Shown here one piece after another: positions 8,774-20,581 of a DNA stretch of 64,000 bases. Location of the stretch: positions 672,001 to 736,000 of the forward strand of contig CAVZLN010000006.1 in assembly GCA_963776245.1 (NCBI GenBank), in the 5' to 3' direction. The translations under genes were made by a program, and so were the position numbers. The notes beneath the pieces are model-generated. The model did no database searches. It was not told the origin of the DNA and worked only from the letters and a program-made list of their open reading frames with translations. The stretch comes from Candidatus Eiseniibacteriota bacterium. GTDB taxonomy: Bacteria > Eisenbacteria > RBG-16-71-46. The stretch's first letter is position 1. Every line of letters starts with the position of its first letter.

Positions 8774-10513
8774 CTACCGCACCACCGCGACCTTGGCGGT
8801 GGCACTCTCCCGGCCGCTGGCGTCGCGGGCGCGCAGGAAGTAGATGCCGGCGCGGATCCGCCCGCCCGCCGGCGGCAGCGCGATGGTGAACGCGTCGCGC
8901 CCACTGCCCGCCGACATCCGCCGCTCGCGCCACACCACCCGCCCCTGCAGGTCGTAGAGCTTGACCTCCAGCGCCCCCGCGATGGCGTCCATCACCTCGA
9001 ATGCCACCTGCGTGCTGGCCGGATTGGCCGACACCCGCAGCACCCACGGCCCCAGACCCTGCGCGGGCCAGCGTGTCGCGGGGCTGAGCCACTCGTAGCG
9101 CCGGTCCACGCTCTCGCGCCGCACGCGGTAGCGCACCATCCCGGCCGGCGCGGTGGTGTCGGTCCACGCCATCAGCGAGTCGGGGCCGGCGCGCACCCGG
9201 GCCACCTGAACGAACTCGCCATCGCCATCGGCGCGCTCGACCGCCCACCACGAGCGCGGGGCGGGTGTGGAGAGCGCCCAGCGCACCTCACGCAGGCGGC
9301 CGGCGGCGGCGACCTGCGGGGTGTCGGTGGTGGCGGTGGTATACGAGTGCAGCCAGCGCACCCCGCCCACGTAGTTGGACATCATCCAGGCCACCCATAC
9401 GTCATCCGCGCGGTCGCGCACTACAGTCGGCAGGCCTCCGTCGAGGGCTTGAGTAATCTCCTCGCCCACGCCGTAGCCCGAGTCGGAGGGTGCGCACACG
9501 CAGATGTTGAAGTGCCCGCGTCCGTCCTGCGCACCCCACACCGCCACCGGGTACTCATGTCGATCATCGTCACGGCTCAGGTCGGGGGAGTCTGACAGAT
9601 GCTGAGCGGTACCGTCGGTGTAGGCGCACGTGAGGCTCTCGGGGTCCGACCACACGCCGTCCCGATACGAGGTCAGAAGGATATGGGGGTCCCAGGTGCC
9701 CCACGCCAGCCACTGCCCGCCGCTCGGCCGGCGACGCAAGCGGGGCGCATTCGTAAAGTACTGGTAGGCTGGCACCAACTGACCGGTCCGTACCCAATCG
9801 TCCCCGCGCAGCTCGCCCCACTTGATGCCCTCGTAGTAGCCGGCCCACGCCACCAGCGCGGTGGTGTCGTCGAGGGCGCCCGCCGCCACGCCGTTCTCGC
9901 CCAGACCGACCACCGGGGCCTGCCGCCACGGTCCTTTGGCGTCGGAGTAGAGCACGCGCAATTCGCTGTGGCCCTGATCGTCGCTCACCGCGAGCCAGCG
10001 CCGGTCACCGCTCACCGCGCCGGAGTACTCGGTACGCACGTCCATGACCGTGGTCACGGTGTCGATCGGCGAGAGGCTGTCGCCTAGCACACGCGCCCAC
10101 ATCATCAGGTTGTAGACGTTGATTGGCCCACCACACCAGGTAAGATAGGTCGTTCCGGGCGGTGATTGGACCGGCCAAGGCGCCATTGTGATCTGGCCTG
10201 CGCGCCAGCGCTGGACCCATGCGGTATCTCGCCATCCGAACACGAATGCGTCGCCGGCTCTTGGTTGCAGGCGTCGCGCGGACGTAATCAGATAGGGCAC
10301 GCCTGTCGTGTCCACCTCCAGTCTGGGGGCCGACAGGTAGTCGAACCCAGTCACGGAGATGGGATAGGCAGGAGTCCACGCCTTGCCCGCAGTGAGCGCG
10401 AAGCTCGAGGGAGTCGCCATGAGGAGGATCGCGAAGCCAGTGATGCCAATACCGAGACCCGTCCGTATAAGGCACAGCGGCGAGACCGCCGCACCAGATC
10501 GCGCTGGCTTCAT
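8774..10513 (-). CDS. Secreted Trp-rich beta-repeat protein with C-terminal FlgD/T9SS-like domain (paralog B)
   Basis: RBS ggag before ATG 10513; hydrophobic leader; homologous throughout to paralog A, with the last ~200 aa near-identical. Confidence 0.8.
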   Translation of the reverse strand: MKPARSGAAVSPLCLIRTGLGIGITGFAILLMATPSSFALTAGKAWTPAYPISVTGFDYLSAPRLEVDTTGVPYLITSARRLQPRAGDAFVFGWRDTAWVQRWRAGQITMAPWPVQSPPGTTYLTWCGGPINVYNLMMWARVLGDSLSPIDTVTTVMDVRTEYSGAVSGDRRWLAVSDDQGHSELRVLYSDAKGPWRQAPVVGLGENGVAAGALDDTTALVAWAGYYEGIKWGELRGDDWVRTGQLVPAYQYFTNAPRLRRRPSGGQWLAWGTWDPHILLTSYRDGVWSDPESLTCAYTDGTAQHLSDSPDLSRDDDRHEYPVAVWGAQDGRGHFNICVCAPSDSGYGVGEEITQALDGGLPTVVRDRADDVWVAWMMSNYVGGVRWLHSYTTATTDTPQVAAAGRLREVRWALSTPAPRSWWAVERADGDGEFVQVARVRAGPDSLMAWTDTTAPAGMVRYRVRRESVDRRYEWLSPATRWPAQGLGPWVLRVSANPASTQVAFEVMDAIAGALEVKLYDLQGRVVWRERRMSAGSGRDAFTIALPPAGGRIRAGIYFLRARDASGRESATAKVAVVR

Positions 10514-10577
10514 CGGGTGAGACTCCGTGTCGAGCACCGCCCCACTGCGGTGGGAGTCGCGCTGGAGGCGTAGCGAG

Positions 10578-10615
10578 ATTGTACTTGCCCCCCCCCCCCG
10601 TACGTCGAGGAGAAT
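10578..10615. promoter_or_regulatory. Overlapping divergent sigma70-like promoters with a C12 homopolymer (10588-10599) in both spacers
   Basis: Minus strand TCGACG-N19-TACAAT; plus strand TTGCCC-N19-GAGAAT. Minus-strand GGCAAGTA(C/G)AATC is also present upstream of paralog A (~8579-8591). Confidence 0.45.
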
Positions 10616-10767
10616 GCGCCATGGCGGCCCGGGCGATGAGTCTTCACGAACATCCAAGCACAGCAGCCCCCTGACGGTCGCCGCGTTCGCGCCACTCGCT
10701 CATCCGGCGAGACGGCGCGAGATGTCCCCGCGCAGCGTTTCCCATCGCGCCGGGTACGGAGGCCGCC

Positions 10768-13700
10768 GTGCAACGCAAACTCCTCAATCGCCTCGCCACG
10801 TTTCTTGTTCTCCTCGGTCTCGCGCCGATGGCCGCATTTCCCGGAGGCGTCGGGATCTCGATCCCCGCGCCCCCTGATTCGTCAGAGGGAGGCGGTGCAA
10901 CGTTCGAGGATTTCCACCGAGTGAAGCCCTCGCGCCTTGGCACCCGTCGGTTCCGCGATCTGGAGATGTGGCTCGACTACGCGTACACCGTGCGTGACAG
11001 CGGTCTGGGTGTGACGCAGGCCGAGGAGAACACGCTCGATCGCCTCGGCAAGGTGCTCGCCGATAGCGTGGGCGTCAATCCGTTCGGCATTCCCTATACC
11101 GACGTCCGCCTGGTCCACGACTACTTCAGGCCGGATTCGATCGCTCCCTATGACTCGGACCCCTATTCGCCCCACGGGTTCACGTACGGGGACAAGACAC
11201 AGTACATAAACGAAGTCATGGGCGAGCAGACACTGTCTGCCGACAATCGCGGTCATATTGACTACTACATTACGCGTCCCTGGGCCCATCAGACGGGGGG
11301 CCGGACCTACACAGGATGGGGCGAGTATCCGGCACGGTTCTTCACCGCCAAGGAGGACTCCTCGACCGGCAATTGGCGGGTCGGGATGCCTCCCGAGAGC
11401 GTCGTGGTCTTCGCATCGAACTCCGTGACGATTCCCGGGCCGGATGCGCCCAGTATCCTGTGGCAGGGTGGGATTGACTGGACGCGACCCGACGATGTCG
11501 CCAATTGGGTCTTCTCCCACGAGTTCCAGCATGGCCTCAACGGTCAGTTCGACCGTTTCAGCGGCCGACTCGACACACCCTGGATCGACGAGGTGCTCTC
11601 GAGCGGTGCCGAGTTGATCGCCGGGAACACGGACAAGACCTCGAGATTCGACATCCCGTACTCGCTTCCCCTGGCCACCACCCCGAACTACCCGGCGTGG
11701 CGGATGTTCAGCGGCTATCTCGGTGTGAACTTCCGGGGCCGCGACGTCTCTCAGACACCGGCCAGCATGCAGGACGATCTGCTGGGCCGCTGGGCGCGGG
11801 GGGAGCACTCGCTAGGGGGGCTCCGCGACTTGCTCGACAACGCGGTCTGCTACGACTGCTCGACCAGGACCTATTTCAATCCCCCCAGCCAGCCGCCGCT
11901 GGACAACGCCAGCCGCTTGAGACTGCTGCTTCACGACTGGCGGGTGGCGAACTATCTGAATCGCACCGACATCGCCGAGGGGCGCTATGGATACACGCCC
12001 GGGTTCGACTTCTCGCCATTCGTCGATGTCACGCCGTGGACCAACGCCGACACGACCTCACCCGACACTGAAGTGATCCCACCGACCATCATCGTGACCC
12101 CGGACCTGACCTACCGCTCGGTGAGCCTGCTCACGCGCCCGCCGTCTCGCCCGATGAACCTGACCACCTTCGGGGCGGAGTACTGGGTGCTGCGCGCCGA
12201 TGCGGCACTGGGCAGCACGAGCCAAGACCTGGTGATTCGCGTCACCCCCGAGGGGGCCCGGACGTGGACCGCACAGGGCGACGCGTGCACCAAGGCGGAC
12301 GACACCCTGCTGGGCTCGGTCATCCCTTACTCCCAACACCGGCTGGAGAATGGTGCGCTGGATTCGTTGTGGAAGCACCCGGAGTGGGCGGGCACGCCGA
12401 CCGAGCCCATTGTCGTGGATGTCGACAGCGCGGCGGGCGCGCTCCAGTGGGTGATTCCTTCATTCGGCACAACAACCAGGGCGGCGGTCGTGGTCCTCTC
12501 GCTCGCTGATGGCCCGTCCCAGGGCTACTCGGATCGAGCGCAGTCGTCCTACGGGGCGCAGCCGATGAGGTACAGGCTGTCGCTCGCGCTGCGGCAAGCC
12601 CCGTTCGACTCCATTGACGTCCGCATGCTGGCCCGCACCTCAGGCGCCACCGACGACCACCCCTCGTGGTCCCCAGCCGGGGACACGATCGCATACGAGG
12701 CGACCCTCCCCGTCCAGTCGTCGCTGCAGCAGATCTACCGGGTGCCGGCGAACGGAGGCACACCGACGCGCGTTCACGAACAGGACCTCCGGCAGTCGTC
12801 ACCCGACTGGTCGCCACGCGGCGACTGGGTGGCGTTCGAGGCCGAGTCGGTCGGCTTCTCCGGCATCTGGGTTCGCAGCACCACCAGCAGCGAGGCGCAC
12901 CGCGTCACGACCATGAATTGCGAGCACCACTGGCCGGTGTTCCAGCCCAATGGCCAGCGGATCGCCTACACCGAGTACGGGCGGCGGGTCGGCAACCAGA
13001 TCACGGAGAACTGGCAGATCCGTTGCGTGCGTCCCGATGGCACCGAAGATGCGGCACTGACCCCGCTGTTGGGCCAGGATCCGCCGATGTCCCTGCGCTG
13101 GTCGCCGGATGGCGCTTGGCTCTACTTCACCCGCAACGACTCGCTGTTCACGCTGAGTGCTGCCGGTGGGACACCCATCTTCAGGTCCGGCCTGATATCA
13201 AAGGCTGGCTCCGTCGATCCGCACCCCGCGGAGGACTGGTTTGCGCTCGAAGAGCCCGGCGCGTTCCGCGGCAAGTATGACTGCTCGACTGCGGCCAACC
13301 AGGTGACCTTCCGGCGTCTGGCGATCCGCGACACGTTGATCGATGACTCGGAGGCGCGCTTCTATCGCACCAGCGCCGAGTACTTCAATCCGCGCTGGTC
13401 GCCCGACGGGGTGAGGGTCGCCTACAGCAGCGACCAGAACGCCCCCGGGGACCGCGACGTGTTCATCGGGCGGGTCACCTACAACCACCCGCCGCAGTTC
13501 TCGTCGATCCCGAACGACACCGGCCTCACGGCGACGGTGCCGTACGCCCGGCCGCTCAGCGCCACCGATCCCGATGGGCAGTCGCTGACCTACCTCGCGG
13601 CCTATCTGCCGCCGGGCGCCACGCTCAATGGCAACATCTTCTCGTGGCTGAGCCCGGTCGTGGGGACCTACTACGTCGTCTTCCGCGTCCACGACGGCAC

Positions 13701-15023
13701 CGGCGGCGTGCACAGCAAGGTGGTCTGCTTCACGGTCGCCGAGTACCCCGGTGGGGGCTGCCCGTTCGTGGACACCAGGACGGCCAGCGGCTGGGTGACC
13801 GAGAACTCGGTCCTCGCCCGCGCCACCGACGGGGTGCCGCGTCTGGATGCCTACCGACTCAAGGCCACCCCACTGGTGAAGAACAGCCTCCTCACGCTGC
13901 GCCTGCGCGAGAACGAGCAGGAGTACACCGCGCTGGATCAGGTGCGGCTGGTGGCGGTGGACCACGCTCCGGCGGTGCGCGCGTTCGCGGCCGGCGAGCA
14001 GGTGTGGCTCGGCTCGCGGGTGCCGGCCGCGCGGGTGACCGACCAGCACGGCACCGATGTGACCGCGATGGTGGACGGCGAAGGCGCTGACTACTACCAG
14101 GGCCAGCCCGGCGACACGCTGTGGGTCGCGATGCTCGAGCGGCCGAGTGGCGGGTGCGACAGGAGCCCAGCAGGTGATGGATGGCGGTCCCGGCACCATC
14201 GACGATGGCGAGAAGGGTGGCGAGGGAGGCGGTGGTGGAGGCGGTGGTGGCGGCGCGGCCCCCGCACTCCCGGCGGCGGTGACGCGAGGCACTCGATGTG
14301 GCCGTGCTGGCGAACACGGGACTCCTGATCCAGGCGCCGGACGGTGCCGGAGACTGGCGCACGGTGGAGCACCGCTACCCGCGCGAGTTCTTCGACGAGC
14401 ACGTGCTGGACTCGCTGGGCACCGGCGAGCTGCGGCTGGTGTTCATCGGGCGGCATCGGGTGCGCTTCATCGGCCGGCTGGCAGGGGCGGAGAGCGCGAC
14501 GCCGGTGGTGCTGCCGCTGCGGACGGCGCGGCACTCGCGGCTGGGAGACGCGCTCACGGCGGTGAGCGCCGCGGCGGGGAGCGCGACGGCCCTGACGCCG
14601 GGGGACACGCTGACGCTCCAGTTCGAGTCTCCAGCGATTGCGGCGGGGATGGTGCGGGACCTGTTCCTGCTGGGACTGGGGACGTACTCGGCCAGTCGAA
14701 CGGCCCTGCAGGGGCTGGGCGAGAGCGAGGCCCGGGCCTTGCCGGCCAGCTTCGCGCTGATGCAGAACCAGCCCAACCCGTTCCACGGGACGACCACGAT
14801 CCGGTTCGCGCTGCCGGTGGGTGCCGAGGTGCGGCTGGAAGTGTTCGACGTGCAGGGGCGCCGGGTCGCGACACTGGCGCAGGGGCAGTGGGAGGCGGGC
14901 TATCACGCGGTGGAGTGGCGGCAGCGCAGCGAGAACGGGCGGCGGGTGGAGCCGGGGGTGTATCTCTACCGGCTGACCGCGGGTGCGTTCCGCGACCAGC
15001 GCAAGCTGGTGCTGCTGCCGTAA
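10768..15023 (+). CDS. Large secreted protein: zincin metallopeptidase-like domain (HEFQH...WIDE), PD40/TolB-like propeller, Ig/cadherin-like domain, Gly linker, FlgD/T9SS-like CTD; frameshifts near 14145 and 14290
   Basis: FSHEFQHG...PWIDEVLS; repeats PSWSPAG, PDWSPRG, RWSPDG, PRWSPDG; NHPPQF...ATDPDGQSLTY; CTD QNQPNPFHGTTTIRFALP...VFDVQGRRV...GVYLYRL. Confidence 0.8.
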
Positions 15024-15064
15024 CGACGCAGCCACCACCCGCGCGGCGCTGATCGTGCGGACAG

Positions 15065-15102
15065 GCCGACGCCCCGGTGGATTCCTCCGCCGGGGCGTCG
15101 GC
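15065..15102 (+). terminator. GC-rich hairpin downstream of the large gene (likely terminator, no clear U-tract)
   Basis: gccgacgccccggtgga-ttcc-tccgccggggcgtcggc. Confidence 0.55.
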
Positions 15103-15140
15103 GCTCTGTGCCTGAAGGGGCTGAGCGACGGCGCCGCGGC

Positions 15141-15169
15141 TTGACACCTTCCGGGAGCGCGCCGACAGT
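15141..15169 (+). promoter_or_regulatory. Candidate sigma70 promoter of the exporter operon
   Basis: TTGACA-N17-GACAGT. Confidence 0.35.
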
Positions 15170-15287
15170 CCCATCCACGACACTCACGCAGGATGCCGGA
15201 CGTCACGTCCGAGCCCGCGGGGCCGGCTCTCGCCCACGCTCGGCCCGCGGCGTCGTGCCGATCCTTCGCCGCGCAGGAGAACCCCGC

Positions 15288-16281
15288 ATGGATCCCAAGC
15301 GCCGTCCGCTCGTCCTCATCCCCGTCCTGCTGGTCGCCATCGTGATCGTCGTGGTGCTCCTGCGCCGCGGCGACCATGCCGGCACGCTCGAAGCCTCGGG
15401 CACGGTCGAGGCCGTCGAGGCGGAGCTGGGCTTCACGGTGGCGGGCCGCATCGAGGCGGTGCGCGTCCAGGAGGGCGACACCGTGAGGGCGGGCGACGAG
15501 CTGGCGCGGCTGGACCGCGCCGAGACGCTCGGGCGCCGCGACCAGGCGGCCGCCCAGGCGCTGGCCGCACGCGCGGCGCTGCAGGAGCTCGAGCGCGGCG
15601 CGCGACCCGGAAGAGCGCGCGCAGGCCCGCTCCGCCGCGCAGGCGGCGGAGGACCGGCTCGCCGACGCGCAGAAGGACTTCGATCGCGCGAAGTCGCTGC
15701 GCGCGTCCGAACTGGTGAGCGAGCAGCAGCTCGAGAAGGCCGGCACCGCGCTCGACCTCGCGCGGCGCCAGCTCGACCAGTCGCGCGAGGCGCAGCGCCT
15801 GGTCGAGGCCGGCCCGCGGCGGGAGCGCATCGCCGCCGCGCGCGCCACGCTCGCCGCGGCCGAGGCCGCGGTGCGCACGCTCGAGGCCACGCTCGCCAAC
15901 ATGGTGGTGAAGGCGCCGTTCGCCGGCGTGGTCACGGTGCGCCACCACGAGCCGGGCGAGATCGTGCAGGCGGGCGCGGCGGCGGTCACGCTGCTGGACC
16001 GCGACCGGCGCTGGGTGCGGATCTACGTCCCCGAGACCCGCATGGGAGCGGTCCGGATGGGACAGGCCGCCACGCTCTCCAGCGACACCTTCAAGGGCCG
16101 GACCTACCGCGGCGCCGTGATGTTCATCGCCTCCGAGGCGGAGTTCACTCCCAAGACGGTGCAGACCCGCGAGGAACGCGTGAAGCTGGTGTACGCGGTG
16201 AAGGTGCGCATCACCGGCGACCCCGGCCTCGAGCTCAAGCCGGGCATGCCGGTCGACGTGGTGCTCGAGGGCATCCCGTGA
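15288..16281 (+). CDS. HlyD-family periplasmic adaptor (YbhG-like); frameshift near 15605
   Basis: ASGTVEA...VQEGDTVRAGD, then VKAPFAGVV...EAEFTPKTVQTREERVKLVYAVKV...LKPGMP. Confidence 0.9.
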
Positions 16282-17236
16282 GCGTGGACGGGCCGGCCGC
16301 CGGGACGCCGGGCGCGGCGGTCGAGGCGCTGGCGCTGGTGCGCCGCTTCGGCGCCGTCACCGCGGTGGATGGCCTGTCGTTCAGCGTGAGCCCGGGCGAG
16401 CTGTTCGGGCTCGTCGGCCCCGACGGCGCGGGCAAGACCACCACGCTGCGCATGCTCGCGGGCGTGCTGCGCCCGAGTGCCGGGGACGCGACGGTGTTCG
16501 GCACCCGCGTGACCCGGGACCCCGAGCGCGTGAAGACCTCGCTCGCGTACATGTCCCAGCGCTTCGGGCTCTACGGCGACCTCACCGTGGCCGAGAACCT
16601 GGCGTTCTACGCCGACCTGTACGAGGTGCCGGCCGCCGAGCGAGCGGCGCGTCTGGAGCGGCTCTATCGCTTCTCGAACCTGCGGCCGTTCCAGGACCGG
16701 CTCGCCGGCAAGCTCTCGGGCGGCATGAAACAGAAGCTCGGGCTCTCCTGCGCGCTCATCCACGAGCCGCGCCTGCTGCTGCTCGACGAGCCCACCTTCG
16801 GGGTCGATCCGGTGTCGCGCCGCGACCTGTGGATCATCGTGCACGAGATGGTGGCGCGCGGGGTCACCGCGATCGTCAGCACCGCGTACATGGACGAGGC
16901 CGAGCGCTTCGACCGGCTGGCGTTGATGCATCAGGGCCGCGTCGTGGCGCTCGACACCCCGCAGGCGCTCCAGCGCACGCTCGAGAACCGGCTGGTGGCG
17001 GTGCGCGTGGAGCGCGTGCGCGAGGCGCGCACGGCCGCGCTGCGCCTGCCGGGCGTCGAGAGCGCGGCGGTGTTCGGCGACTGGCTGCACCTGCGGGTGG
17101 CCGACGCCGCGCGCGAGGGCCCCGAGGCCGAGCGCGCGCTGCGCGCGGCCGGCTTCGCGGTCACCGGCGTGGAGGTCATCGTGCCCTCGCTCGAGGACGT
17201 GTTCATCGCGCGGCTCGCCGAGCGCGAGGCGGTGGC

Positions 17237-17240
<4 letters not shown>
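16278..17240 (+). CDS. ABC-2 type exporter ATP-binding protein
   Basis: GPDGAGKTT, LSGGMKQK, LLLLDEPT; GTGA overlap with the upstream gene. Confidence 0.92.
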
Positions 17241-18194
<954 letters not shown>

Positions 18195-18195
18195 C

Positions 18196-19320
18196 ATGGC
18201 GTCCGTGAACCGCACCCGGCTGATCGCGGTGGCGCGCAAGGAGGTGCTGCAGATCTCCCGCGACCCGCGCTCCCTCATCCTGGCGTTCGTGCTCCCGGTG
18301 TTCCTGCTGGTGGTGTTCGGGTACGCCATCACCTGGGACGTGCGCGACATCATCACGGTGGTGGTGGATCAGGACCACACCGCGAAGAGCCAGGACTTCG
18401 TGGACGCGTTCTCGGCCTCGGGCTACTTCCGCGTCACCCGGCACCTCGACCGCGTCGACGAGGTGCCGCCGCTGTTCGATCGCGGCGCGGCGCGGCTCGC
18501 GCTCGTCATCCCGCCCGGCTTCGAGCGCGACCTCGCCCACGGCCACGGCGCCCCGGTCCAGGCGCTGGTGGACGGCGCCGACGCGAACACCGCGACCATC
18601 GTGCTCGGATACGCGCGCGCCACGGTGCAGACGTGGTCGCAGCGCGTGTTGTTCGCGGGCCAGAACGTCCGCCCGCCGCTGATCGCCCAGAGCCGGGTCT
18701 GGTACAACGAACAACTGGTGAGCCGCAACATGATCGTCCCCGGGCTGGTGGTGACGATCATGATGATCATCTCGGCCATGCTCACCGCGCTCACCATCGC
18801 GCGCGAGTGGGAACGCGGCACCATGGAGCAGCTGGCCGCCACCCCGGTGTCGCGCCTCGAGGTGGTGCTCGGCAAGCTGCTGCCCTATCTCGCCATCGGG
18901 ATGATCGACGTCACGATGACCGCGGTGCTCGGCGTGGCGGTGTTCGGCGTGCCGTTCCGCGGCGACGTGGCCCTGCTGGCGGCGCTCTCGTTCCTGTTCC
19001 TGACCGGCGCGCTGGGTCTCGGCATCTTCATCTCCGCGGTGGCCAAGTCCCAGCTGATGGCGACCCAGTTCGCGCTGCTCGCCACCTACCTGCCGGCGTT
19101 CCTGCTCTCGGGCTTCATGTTCCCGCTCGAGACCATGCCCGCGCCGTTGCAGGCCATCTCCTTCCTGGTGCCGGCGCGCTACTTCCTGGTGGTGGTGCGC
19201 GGCATCTTCCTGAAGGGCGTGGGGCTCGACGTGCTGTGGCTGCAGGCGCTGCTCATGGTGGCGTTCGCGGTCGCGGGCCTCGGACTCGCGGTGCGCGCGT
19301 TCCGCAAGGAGCTGGAATGA
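18196..19320 (+). CDS. ABC-2 exporter permease (YbhS-like)
   Basis: ARKEVLQISRDPRSL, AREWERGTMEQL, LLSGFMFP. Confidence 0.92.
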   Translation: MASVNRTRLIAVARKEVLQISRDPRSLILAFVLPVFLLVVFGYAITWDVRDIITVVVDQDHTAKSQDFVDAFSASGYFRVTRHLDRVDEVPPLFDRGAARLALVIPPGFERDLAHGHGAPVQALVDGADANTATIVLGYARATVQTWSQRVLFAGQNVRPPLIAQSRVWYNEQLVSRNMIVPGLVVTIMMIISAMLTALTIAREWERGTMEQLAATPVSRLEVVLGKLLPYLAIGMIDVTMTAVLGVAVFGVPFRGDVALLAALSFLFLTGALGLGIFISAVAKSQLMATQFALLATYLPAFLLSGFMFPLETMPAPLQAISFLVPARYFLVVVRGIFLKGVGLDVLWLQALLMVAFAVAGLGLAVRAFRKELE

Positions 19321-20435
19321 TCCCCCGCGAGAAGCTCGAGCGGGTGCTCGGCCTGGTGCGCAAGGAGTTCCGCCAGTTGCTGCGCGACGGCCGGATGCGG
19401 CGCATGATCTTCGTGTCGCCGATCATGCAGCTGCTGATCTTCGGCTACGCGGTCTCCACCGACGTGCGGCACACCCGGCTGTTCGTCGTGGACCACGACC
19501 GCACCCAGGAATCGCGCGCGCTGCTCGACGCGCTCACCGCGTCGCGCTACTTCGACGTGGTGGGCGGCTCGAGCCGCGGGGCTGACCTGATGGACGCGCT
19601 CGATCACGGCCGCATCACCGCCGGCATCGAGATCCCCCCCGGCTACGCACGCGACCTGCACGCGCCCGGCGGCGCGTCGGTGCAGTTGCTGGTCGACGGC
19701 ACCAACTCCAACATGGCGACGGTGGCGCTCGGCTACGCCGAGCAGATCGTACGCGCCCACGGCTTCGGCACGCTCGAGCATCGGATCGTCATGCCGGTGG
19801 ACCTGCGCGAGCGCGCGTGGTTCAACCCCGCGCTGGTATCGCGCAACTACAACGTGCCCGGCGTGATCGGCACCATCATGCTGATGATGAGCCTGGTGCT
19901 GACCGCGCTGGCGGTGGTGCGTGAGCGCGAACTGGGCACGCTCGAGCAGTTGATGGTGAGCCCGCTCACGCCCGGCGAGCTGATCGCGGGCAAGACCATC
20001 CCGTTCGCGCTGGTGGCCCTGTTCGACATGGTGATCATCACCGTGATCGCGCTGCTGTGGTTCCAGATCCCGTTCCTCGGGCAGGGGCCGCTGCTGCTGC
20101 TCGCCGCGGTGCTGTTCCTGCTCTCGATGCTGGGCATGGGGCTGCTGATCTCGACCGTCTCGAACACGCAGCAGGAGGCGTTCCTCACCACCTTCCTCGC
20201 CATCATGCCCACCATGATGTTCTCGGGCTTCATGTTCCCGGTGGCCAGCATGCCGAGGCTGTTCCAGGTGATCACCCTGCTGAATCCGCTCCGCCACTAC
20301 CTCGAGATCATCCGCGCCATCTTCCTCAAGGGCTCGGGGCTGGGCGCGCTGTGGCCGCAGTACCTCTACCTCCTGGTGATGGGCGTCGGGGTGCTGTGGT
20401 TCGCCGCCACGCGGTTCCACAAGACCGTGAAGTGA
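19317..20435 (+). CDS. ABC-2 exporter permease (YbhR-like)
   Basis: RKEFRQLLRD, VRERELGTLEQLMVSP, FSGFMFPVASMP; ATGA overlap. Confidence 0.92.
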   Translation: MIPREKLERVLGLVRKEFRQLLRDGRMRRMIFVSPIMQLLIFGYAVSTDVRHTRLFVVDHDRTQESRALLDALTASRYFDVVGGSSRGADLMDALDHGRITAGIEIPPGYARDLHAPGGASVQLLVDGTNSNMATVALGYAEQIVRAHGFGTLEHRIVMPVDLRERAWFNPALVSRNYNVPGVIGTIMLMMSLVLTALAVVRERELGTLEQLMVSPLTPGELIAGKTIPFALVALFDMVIITVIALLWFQIPFLGQGPLLLLAAVLFLLSMLGMGLLISTVSNTQQEAFLTTFLAIMPTMMFSGFMFPVASMPRLFQVITLLNPLRHYLEIIRAIFLKGSGLGALWPQYLYLLVMGVGVLWFAATRFHKTVK

Positions 20436-20581
20436 GGCGGGACGGCGCCTCCGCCGCGCCCGGGGCCTCGCGCCCCGGATCCCGCGCCGGGGTGCGCGTG
20501 CGGAGGTTCCCGTTGCGGCCGCGGCGGGCCGCCCGCTAGAATCCTCCCGCTCACTTGCACCCCCCACGGAGGATCCAAGTC

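Noticed and set aside
6775..10513. Diversity-generating retroelement TR/VR pair
   Set aside because: No reverse transcriptase in the window, both copies are full coding genes, and differences are not confined to adenines.
14215..14256. GGN repeat as a contingency locus
   Set aside because: Mixed codons encoding a poly-Gly linker, not a pure repeat tract.
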